Virus record (IMG/VR): IMGVR_UViG_3300032244_000243
Coordinates: 1 to 46,891 of that record
Reading direction: 5' to 3' (one strand)
Length of the DNA stretch: 46,891 nucleotides
Source: a virus
Taxonomy: Duplodnaviria; Caudoviricetes
A program made the translations under genes and the position numbers. The notes beneath the pieces were generated by a model. It was not told the origin of the DNA. It ran no database searches and was given only the letters and a program-made list of their open reading frames with translations. How positions within the stretch are numbered: the stretch's first letter is position 1; every line of letters begins with the position of its first letter. Below, one piece after another: positions 16,716 through 23,945 of this stretch.

Positions 16716-18071
16716 GTGGACAAGATCAAGGCACTGCTCGAAGAACTGGCCGCCGTTGTCGCCGAGATGGAGGCGATGACCGAGGACGCCCCCGAGGGTG
16801 AGGCTCCCGCCGAGCCGATGACCGAAGAGCAGGAGGCTTCGCTCCGCAGCCTGGAGCAGAAGGCCGACAAGCTGAAGGAGCGGATCGAGTTCCTGACTCG
16901 CGTGCAGGCGAAGGAACTCGAGCTCCGCAGCGTTCTGGAGCGTGCTGCTCCCGCCAAGAAGATCGAAGCCACCACCGAGGAGACTCCCGTGGAGAAGCGA
17001 ACTGTGTTTGCCATGCCGAAGGCGTCGCGTCCCCTGCGTGGATTCCGCTCCGAGGAGCGTGCCTACCGTGCTGGCATGGCGATTCGTGCCGGTCTGTTCA
17101 ACGACGACGAGGCCCGCCGTTGGTGCATGGATCACGGCGTCGAGAGCCGTGCCCAGGCTGGCGGCATCAACTCGCTCGGCGGTGTGCTGACCAACGACGA
17201 GCTGTCCAGCGAGATCATCCGGCTCGTGGAGGAGTTCGGTGCCTTCCCGGCGAACGCCCGCAACGTCGCGATGAACAGCGACACGCTGCTCATCGCCCGT
17301 CGCACCGGCGGTCTTTCGGCTCGCCCGATCGGCGAGAACGCGGCTCCCACCACGAGCGACGTGACGTTCGACAACGTGCAACTTGTCGCCAAGCTCTGGG
17401 GCGTCGATAACCGCGTGCCGATGTCGCTGATCGAAGACTCGGTGATCAACCTTGCCGATGCAATGGCGGTCGAGGTGGCCCAGGCTTACGCCGAGGCGTT
17501 TGACAACGCCGGGTTTATCGGAACCGGGGCGGGGGCCGTGTATCACGGCACGGTCGGCGTGGCGGTCTCGATCAACGACGGCACGCACTCGGCGGGCGTC
17601 GTGACGGCTGACACGGGCAATAACAAGTTCGACAACCTCGATCTGCTGGACTACACGAACGTGGTCGCCCGGCTGCCGCTGTACGCTCGGCGGAATGCCA
17701 AGTGGTACATCAGCCCGGCGGGCTACGGCTCCTCGATGCTGCGGCTCCTCATGGCTGCCGGTGGCAACAACGGAGCCGATGTGGCCGGTGGCGGCGGGCT
17801 CCAGTTCCTGGGCTTCCCGGTGGTGCTGACGCATCCGCTGGAGAGCCGCCTCACCGGCACGGGTTCGGCGATCGCCTGCCTGTTCGGTGATCTGTCGCAG
17901 GCTTGCACGATGGGCACGCGGCGTGAGGTCACGGTGAAGACCGACTCCAGCCGGTTCATCGAGTTCGACCAGCTTCTGACCTTCGCGACCGCTCGCGTGG
18001 CGATGGTCGCCCACGACCTTGGTGACACCAGCAAGGCTGGCCCGATCGTCGCCCTCAAGTTCGCCTCGTGA
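16716..18071 (+). CDS. Major capsid protein, HK97 fold, with N-terminal delta domain
   Basis: AGGAG SD + GTG; coiled-coil N-terminus; SLIEDS, FDNAGFIGTG, FLGFPVV, FGDLS. Confidence 0.95.
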   Translation: MDKIKALLEELAAVVAEMEAMTEDAPEGEAPAEPMTEEQEASLRSLEQKADKLKERIEFLTRVQAKELELRSVLERAAPAKKIEATTEETPVEKRTVFAMPKASRPLRGFRSEERAYRAGMAIRAGLFNDDEARRWCMDHGVESRAQAGGINSLGGVLTNDELSSEIIRLVEEFGAFPANARNVAMNSDTLLIARRTGGLSARPIGENAAPTTSDVTFDNVQLVAKLWGVDNRVPMSLIEDSVINLADAMAVEVAQAYAEAFDNAGFIGTGAGAVYHGTVGVAVSINDGTHSAGVVTADTGNNKFDNLDLLDYTNVVARLPLYARRNAKWYISPAGYGSSMLRLLMAAGGNNGADVAGGGGLQFLGFPVVLTHPLESRLTGTGSAIACLFGDLSQACTMGTRREVTVKTDSSRFIEFDQLLTFATARVAMVAHDLGDTSKAGPIVALKFAS

Positions 18072-18099
18072 TCTTTGACCCTCTAGGAGACTCCAGAAC

Positions 18100-18528
18100 G
18101 TGAACCATCTCGAATCCACCAAGACGGTCGTCGGCACGACGGTGACGAGCTCGGCTGGCACCGCGACCCTGACCATCGACACCATGGGCTATGACTACGC
18201 CTCGGTCGATGTGGTCGTGGCGATCAGTGCGACCGCTGGGCATACGGCGGCGTCGATTCTGAACGTGCTGACGCTCTCGCAGGGCGACACCACTACGGCG
18301 GGCTCCTCGGTCTACACCGTGGCGGTTCCCGCCGCGAGCGTGGCCGTGACGAGCCAGCCCAGCGTGGTTCGGTTCGATGTCGATATGCGGGGCAAGAGCC
18401 GGTATCTGAAGATCGACGCGACCCCGGCCCAGAGCCTTGCGACCACGATCGTGGGTCGGCTCGGCAAGGGCGAGATCGCCCCCGAGTCAGCTTCCGCCAA
18501 GGGTGCCCTCGCGAAGTACACCGGCTGA
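18100..18528 (+). CDS. Putative head decoration/minor capsid protein
   Basis: Directly after MCP; TIDTMGYDY and SRYLKI beta-rich pattern; AGGAG SD. Confidence 0.65.
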   Translation: MNHLESTKTVVGTTVTSSAGTATLTIDTMGYDYASVDVVVAISATAGHTAASILNVLTLSQGDTTTAGSSVYTVAVPAASVAVTSQPSVVRFDVDMRGKSRYLKIDATPAQSLATTIVGRLGKGEIAPESASAKGALAKYTG

Positions 18529-18531
18529 CGC

Positions 18532-18550
18532 TTGACAGCCTCGACACAGT
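18532..18550 (+). promoter_or_regulatory. TTGACA-N7-CACnnT motif, copy 2
   Basis: TTGACA gcctcga CACAGT, intergenic before the glycosyltransferase. Confidence 0.55.
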
Positions 18551-18601
18551 GGATGGCGGGTGCGGCATGAGCCGTGCCCGCCATCTCTGTTTGAGGGCTC
18601 C

Positions 18602-19336
18602 ATGATCGTCAAGGTCGGCGGCACAGATGTCGATGTTCGGATCGAGTGCGTGATGAGCGGCCCGCGATTCGGCCCGCTCGCGAATCTCTTCGGCTGGGCT
18701 CAAGCCCTCATGCCGCTGGGCATCCGCCCGACGCTCGGGCAGGGGGCTCTCTGGGGGCAAGTGCTCCAGCGGTGCATGGAGCAGTTCATCGACTCGACCG
18801 AGTACATCCTTTGCACAGACTTCGATTCGTTCTGGGGGCAGCGTGAAGTCTCCGAACTCGTCGCCCTGGCGATGGCGTTTCAGTGCGACGCCCTCGCCCC
18901 GCTGCAAGTGAAGAGGGAGGACGGTCGCCCGATGTTCACGTTGCCCGGCACACTCGACAAACCGCCCGAGGGCGGGGCGACCGAGTTGCCGATGTCGTGG
19001 TTCGCGGAGCCTGTGCAGGAAGTCGACTCGGCGCACTTCGGCTGCACGCTGATCTCGACGCGGGCTCTGAAGCGGACGCCGAAGCCTTGGTTTCAAGACC
19101 AGCCCAACGCCAAGGGCGAGTACGGCGACGGGCGGATCGACGCCGACATTCACTTCTGGCGGCAGTTTCGAGCCGCTGGGAATCGCGTCTACATCACGCC
19201 CCGCGTCTCGATCGGCCACGGTGAGTATGTATCGGTCTGGCCGAGCAAGGATCTACAGTCTCCGGTGTTTCAGTACGTGGGCGACTACACCGCGAACGGT
19301 AAGCCGAAAACTGCATGGAGTCTCCCGAAATCGTGA
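18602..19336 (+). CDS. GT-A fold glycosyltransferase inside the head-neck module
   Basis: YILCTDFDSF DxD motif, SAHFGCTLI, DADIHFWRQF..AG.RVY......IGH. Confidence 0.72.
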   Translation: MIVKVGGTDVDVRIECVMSGPRFGPLANLFGWAQALMPLGIRPTLGQGALWGQVLQRCMEQFIDSTEYILCTDFDSFWGQREVSELVALAMAFQCDALAPLQVKREDGRPMFTLPGTLDKPPEGGATELPMSWFAEPVQEVDSAHFGCTLISTRALKRTPKPWFQDQPNAKGEYGDGRIDADIHFWRQFRAAGNRVYITPRVSIGHGEYVSVWPSKDLQSPVFQYVGDYTANGKPKTAWSLPKS

Positions 19337-19572
19337 AAATCAAACTGGTACAGAACTACTCGACCTACACGGTCGGGCGGGTGGTCGAGTGCGAGAACGA
19401 GACAGCGGAGCGGCTCATCCGCGACGGCATCGCCGTGCGAGAGTCGCAGATGGATCTGATCGAGACGGCGACAGCCGAGCCCGAGGTCGAGCGGGCTGAC
19501 GCACGACCGCGACGCGGCAGGAAACCGAATGCGATACCGCAGCCTCAAGACTCTGACTCAGCCGACGGTTGA
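19333..19572 (+). CDS. Small head-module protein
   Basis: KIKLVQ...G.VVE....AERLI..GIA pattern common after capsid genes; basic tail. Confidence 0.65.
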   Translation: MKIKLVQNYSTYTVGRVVECENETAERLIRDGIAVRESQMDLIETATAEPEVERADARPRRGRKPNAIPQPQDSDSADG

Positions 19573-20125
19573 GCCGGTCTCGCTCGCCGAAGCGAAGTCG
19601 CACTGCCGGGTCGATACCGACGCCGACGATGCTCTGATCTCCGCGTACATCAAGGCGGCTCGCGAGTGGTGCGAGGCGTACTGCGACGAGACGTTCGTTC
19701 ATGCCCAGTACCGCATGACGCTCGATTCGTTCCCCGTGGAGATCGAGCTTCCTCGGCCACCGATGGCATCGGCTGGCACGGCCACGGCGGTGAGCGTGAC
19801 CTACACGCTGGAGAACCAGAGCACCGCGACGCTCTCGACCTCCGAGTACCGCGTTGATCGAGACAGCGTGCCCGGCGTTCTCCGCACGAACTACAACGGC
19901 TCCTGGCCCTCGCATCTTCTCGATTACAACGCCGTGACGGTCACATGGTGGGGCGGTCGTGACGCGACCGGGGCAAGCACCCCGCAGCGGGTGAAGAACG
20001 CGATCCTCTGGCTCGTGGGCATGTGGTATGAGCGGCGGATGGCGGCAGACGCGGTGAGCCTCTCGGAGATCCCGTTCGGCGTGAAGTCGCTGCTCGATTC
20101 CGCCAAGTGGGGCAGCTACCGATGA
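19529..20125 (+). CDS. Head-tail adaptor (HK97 gp6-like)
   Basis: EPVSLAEAKSHCRVD..DD.LI..YI.AAR; AILWLVGMWYERR. Confidence 0.9.
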   Translation: MRYRSLKTLTQPTVEPVSLAEAKSHCRVDTDADDALISAYIKAAREWCEAYCDETFVHAQYRMTLDSFPVEIELPRPPMASAGTATAVSVTYTLENQSTATLSTSEYRVDRDSVPGVLRTNYNGSWPSHLLDYNAVTVTWWGGRDATGASTPQRVKNAILWLVGMWYERRMAADAVSLSEIPFGVKSLLDSAKWGSYR

Positions 20126-20529
20126 GCGTGTCGGGTCGCATCGCGATCGACGTTGAGTTCCTCGACCGCACGAGCACGGCGGCCGGGAGCTCGCTGAACA
20201 CGCTCACGCTGCGGGATGCAACGGAGTACGCGTCGGGCAAGGTGGCTGTTATCGCCGGAACGTGCGGCACCGCAGCGGTGACGATTACTCTTGCCCCGAC
20301 TTCATATAGGGATGCGTCTGGCGGTTTTGTGTCGTTTTCGGATGTGTTTCGCATTGCATTCGCAGCCGATTCGTCTTCGTCCTGCAACGCTGACGGCGAA
20401 GATCAGCAGCTTTTGTCCAGTGGAAGCCGAGCCTGCGTCACCGATGTATCGACGCCAACATCCTTGAGCGTGCGCCGAATCGGCACATCCGGCACCGCGT
20501 CCTACACACTCGTGATCTATGGAACATGA
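20122..20529 (+). CDS. Hypothetical structural protein, paralog A
   Basis: IDVEFLDRT, ATEYASGKVAV, SYTLVIYGT. Confidence 0.7.
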   Translation: MSVSGRIAIDVEFLDRTSTAAGSSLNTLTLRDATEYASGKVAVIAGTCGTAAVTITLAPTSYRDASGGFVSFSDVFRIAFAADSSSSCNADGEDQQLLSSGSRACVTDVSTPTSLSVRRIGTSGTASYTLVIYGT

Positions 20530-20538
20530 GGCACGAGC

Positions 20539-20967
20539 ATGAGCGACGTTCGCGGCAAGTTCGTGATCGACGTTGACTTCACCGACCGCACCACGGCGAC
20601 AGGCGTGCAGCGGATGAAGCTCGTGTCGCTTGCGTCTGCCACCGAGTACCCCGACGGCAAGGTGGCGGTCGTGTCGGGCACGGTCGGCACGGCGGTTGTG
20701 AGCGTGCCCGTCGCCCCCACGACCTACCGCAACGCAGCGGGGAATCTGGTCTCGTTCGGCAGCGTTTCGCGGGTGGCGTTCCAGGCGAGCGGGCCGACGC
20801 TTGTGGCGTGCGACGGCATAGGCGGGTGCGGGGTGAATGATTGGACGATTTACTCGCGAGCGGGACAGGTTGCGGTTTCCGAGGCGATAGAGACCGCATC
20901 GTTCTCGATCAGTGTGTTCGGCACCGCTGGCACCTCTTCCTACACGCTGGTGATGTATGGCACTTGA
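20539..20967 (+). CDS. Hypothetical structural protein, paralog B
   Basis: IDVDFTDRT, ATEYPDGKVAV, SYTLVMYGT. Confidence 0.7.
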   Translation: MSDVRGKFVIDVDFTDRTTATGVQRMKLVSLASATEYPDGKVAVVSGTVGTAVVSVPVAPTTYRNAAGNLVSFGSVSRVAFQASGPTLVACDGIGGCGVNDWTIYSRAGQVAVSEAIETASFSISVFGTAGTSSYTLVMYGT

Positions 20968-21280
20968 CCCCGGTCGCCTTCGCGAGCGGATCACGATTCA
21001 GCAGGCGACCGAGCGACGCAACTCGCTCGGGGAGAGCACCCTGGAATGGGCGACGTTCGCGACGCGGTGGGCGAGCGTCGAAGGGCTCTCGTCTCGCGAG
21101 GTGCTGCTCCTGGGGCAGCAGCAGACCGACGGCACGCACCGCGTGAGGCTGCGGTATGTGACGGGGCTTGTGCAGACGATGCGGCTTTTGTGGCGTGGTC
21201 GGGTGCTGGAGATCACGACGCTGCTCGAACACGCGAATCGCAGCGAGCACGAGTTGCTGTGCCAAGAGAGGGTGGACTGA
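20957..21280 (+). CDS. Head closure protein (SPP1 gp16-like)
   Basis: GRLRERITIQ, WASVEGL, THRVRLRY, LLC.E. Confidence 0.88.
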   Translation: MALDPGRLRERITIQQATERRNSLGESTLEWATFATRWASVEGLSSREVLLLGQQQTDGTHRVRLRYVTGLVQTMRLLWRGRVLEITTLLEHANRSEHELLCQERVD

Positions 21281-22044
21281 TGGCTGTCGCAGGGATCGAG
21301 ATCACCGCCGAGATGGCTGAACTGCGGCAGTTGCAGCAGGACATCGGCCGTCTGTTTTCGTTAGATGACAAAGCCCGCATTCTGAAGGCGGCGTTGACGA
21401 AGGCGATCGAGCCAGCGTTCCAGGCGTTGAAGCAAACCGCCCCGCTCGGGCCGACCGGCAACCTGCGGCGGGCGGTGGCGAAGAAGGTGATCGCCTACAC
21501 GCGAGATGGGGCGGCCGTCGCGGTGCTGGGCTTTCGCCGGGCGGGGCTTGCTCGCTCGGAGAGTGCGGCAGGCGGCACGGTGCGATCCGGCCCTGACCGA
21601 GCGTTCCACCAGTGGTGGCTGGAAGAGGGGACGCAGGCCCGGCAAGTCAGCACGCTCTCGAACAAGCCCTACGGGAGAAAGGGGCATCTGCGTCGCATCA
21701 AGGGACGCCCTGCGGTTGAGGTTCGTCCGCACATCGTGCAAAAGGGGCAGGGTGGGTACATCGCTTCGAGTTTCAACCGGCTCGGGCCATTCAAGATGAT
21801 CCGCACTGACGATGGTCGTGTTCAGACCGAGCCGGGCTATCCCAATGCGTTTTTTCGTAAAAGCAAAACGCCGATCACGATTCCGGCAATGAACCCCGGC
21901 GGAAGCGGCGAGCCGCCCCTCAAGGCTGCCTGGGGACGCACGCAGCCCACTGTCGCCGAGATCCTCCAGCGGGAACTGCGGCTGACGCTGGAGCAAGCCC
22001 TCGACACCCTCTCGCAGCGATCCACTGGAACCATCGGCACATGA
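21280..22044 (+). CDS. HK97 gp10-like tail completion protein
   Basis: AP..PTGNLRRA, WWLEEGT; synteny. Confidence 0.72.
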   Translation: MAVAGIEITAEMAELRQLQQDIGRLFSLDDKARILKAALTKAIEPAFQALKQTAPLGPTGNLRRAVAKKVIAYTRDGAAVAVLGFRRAGLARSESAAGGTVRSGPDRAFHQWWLEEGTQARQVSTLSNKPYGRKGHLRRIKGRPAVEVRPHIVQKGQGGYIASSFNRLGPFKMIRTDDGRVQTEPGYPNAFFRKSKTPITIPAMNPGGSGEPPLKAAWGRTQPTVAEILQRELRLTLEQALDTLSQRSTGTIGT

Positions 22045-22460
22045 GCGTGAAATCCCCCGAACGCCTGCTCGCTGACGCCCTGGCTGCCGCCCCGCTCGTG
22101 GCCGACTTGGTTGGCGATCGCGTCTACCCGGTCATCGCCCCCGCCTCGGCGGCGATCCCGTTCATTACGTGGCGGCGGCAGGCGGTGCAGCGGGAAGCGA
22201 CCCTATCCGGCCCGTCTGGAATCGCGACCGTGACGCTCGCCGTGGATATGTACGCGACCACGTATGAGGGAGTAAGGGAACTCGCCGACCGCTGCCGGGA
22301 AACACTGGATGGTTTCAACGGGGCACTGGGAAACTGGATTTCGGTTCGCAACGTGTCGCTCCTCAGTGAGAGCGACGGGTTCGTACAGTTGGCGGGTGGC
22401 GAGTTGCCCGCCGTCTACAGCGTGACGCAGACCTACACCATTCTTTGGCAGGAGATCTAG
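22041..22460 (+). CDS. Tail terminator (DUF3168-like)
   Basis: LVGDRVYP..AP....PFIT; synteny. Confidence 0.8.
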   Translation: MSVKSPERLLADALAAAPLVADLVGDRVYPVIAPASAAIPFITWRRQAVQREATLSGPSGIATVTLAVDMYATTYEGVRELADRCRETLDGFNGALGNWISVRNVSLLSESDGFVQLAGGELPAVYSVTQTYTILWQEI

Positions 22461-22463
22461 CCC

Positions 22464-22895
22464 GTGCCTACGTTTTCGACCCCGCACGATACCGCATCCG
22501 GTGGAGCCACGAGCCTTGGCACTCAACTCACGCTGGGTGTGCAGGGTTACACCGTCACGAACATCGTCATCTCGAACACGAACCCCGCAGCGGGTGCCGA
22601 TGCTCAGGTCGACATCGCGCACTTAGGTCAGACAACCGGCGAACTCGCTGCTCGGATGGAAACGCCGCTCGTGATTCCTGCGGAGGATGGCGGCTCGGGT
22701 CGGCAAGTTACGTTCGACTACATCGGCAAGATCGTCATCGCGGACGGCTCGACCGGTACGTACAAGCTCTCTGTTGCGGGCGCGATCCTTGTCGGCGGCA
22801 CGACGGCGAGCTACTACACCGTGCAGTCTTCGACGCTCACGCTGGCGACCAACGATGCGATCCGGGGCCAGGGCGTCATCACGGTCGCTCGCTAG
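22464..22895 (+). CDS. Putative major tail tube protein
   Basis: Position after terminator; beta-rich; ATNDAIRGQGVITV end. Confidence 0.55.
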   Translation: MPTFSTPHDTASGGATSLGTQLTLGVQGYTVTNIVISNTNPAAGADAQVDIAHLGQTTGELAARMETPLVIPAEDGGSGRQVTFDYIGKIVIADGSTGTYKLSVAGAILVGGTTASYYTVQSSTLTLATNDAIRGQGVITVAR

Positions 22896-22913
22896 ATGTA
22901 ACGGGAGGCCAAC

Positions 22914-23282
22914 GTGGCGATCCCGGCACAGGGCATGACGATCACCTGGGGCGGCGTCTCCCTCGTGGAAGTCCGCGAGATCGAGCTCAATCAAGAGCGA
23001 GGTCTCCCGCTTCAGCGGGACGGGACATGGACGCTCTCTCTGGGCACGGTGCGGCTCGCCAGTTTCTCGACTGCGGTTTTAGCCGAGTCAGAGTACGGCC
23101 GCCGGAAGCAGTTGGAGGTGCTGTGCCGTGCATCGACTGCTGCCGCCGCACCTGTCGTGAATCTATTTTCTCGCGATTGCATCTTCATGGATCGCATCGC
23201 TGCGGTGCAGGTGAACGACGCTGTGAGGTTTGACTACGCCTTCAGAATCATGGACACGGTTGGTGCGCCGTCAAACCCGTAG
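22914..23282 (+). CDS. Putative second tail tube-like protein
   Basis: GGAGG SD; QVNDAVRFDYAFRI end resembles the previous gene. Confidence 0.5.
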   Translation: MAIPAQGMTITWGGVSLVEVREIELNQERGLPLQRDGTWTLSLGTVRLASFSTAVLAESEYGRRKQLEVLCRASTAAAAPVVNLFSRDCIFMDRIAAVQVNDAVRFDYAFRIMDTVGAPSNP

Positions 23283-23292
23283 GAGAAAGTGC

Positions 23293-23640
23293 ATGGCGAT
23301 CCTGACAGCAGAGCAGATCCTCAAGGCAGATGACGCGAAACTCTTGGAGGTCGAGGTTCCCGAGTGGGGGGGCAGCGTCTACCTCCGAGTAATGAGCGTG
23401 GGCGAGCGAGACAGTTACGAACGGATGTGGATTGGCAAGCGAGAGACCGGCGTTGATAACTTCCGCACCGAGTATCTCGCTCGCGTGATCTGCAATGAGG
23501 ACGGGAAGCTCCTGTTCAGCCGCGAGCAGATTGCCGCGCTGTCGAACAAGAGCGGATCGGTGATGTCGCGTTTGTTCGATGCCGCCATGAAGCACAACTA
23601 CATGCAGGAGGATGCCGTAGAGCAGGCGGGAAAATCTTGA
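23293..23640 (+). CDS. Tail assembly chaperone (gpG-like)
   Basis: VEVPEWGGSVYLR motif; ends at slippery G GGA AAA. Confidence 0.85.
   Translation: MAILTAEQILKADDAKLLEVEVPEWGGSVYLRVMSVGERDSYERMWIGKRETGVDNFRTEYLARVICNEDGKLLFSREQIAALSNKSGSVMSRLFDAAMKHNYMQEDAVEQAGKS
23628..23634 (+). other. Programmed -1 ribosomal frameshift site
   Basis: GGGAAAA in X XXY YYZ phase; -1 frame open to 23945. Confidence 0.82.
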
Positions 23641-23945
23641 ACATCTCGCCAGGGCGGAGGTTCCTGTTTGCCTTGGCGGGATTCTTGAAGATGTCCGTCT
23701 CTCGTCTATGCCGCGAGATGGATTCGCAGGAGCTCACCGAGTGGATGGCCTACACCCGCTACTACAAGGCACTACCTGACGATTGGCAGCAAGTCGGTTT
23801 GATTGCGTCATCAGTGCTGGCCCCGTACTCAAAAGATCGCGCACCTAAACCAGCCGATTTCGTTCCTCTTGAAAAGCCTCCGAATCATCCGCAGCAAGAC
23901 CTCGATGCACTGATGGAGTTGCGTAGGCAGTTGGGTCATGGCTAA
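23637..23945 (+). CDS. Tail assembly chaperone frameshift extension (gpT-like)
   Basis: MDSQELTEWMAY motif; -1 frame relative to gpG. Confidence 0.8.
   Translation: MNISPGRRFLFALAGFLKMSVSRLCREMDSQELTEWMAYTRYYKALPDDWQQVGLIASSVLAPYSKDRAPKPADFVPLEKPPNHPQQDLDALMELRRQLGHG

Noticed and set aside
16626-18185. Long minus-strand ORFs opposite capsid, phosphoesterase (30011-31321) and dnaN (45088-46326), and the + strand ORF 32604-33992 opposite int
   Set aside because: Antisense shadows caused by GC-rich codon bias; no motifs or RBS
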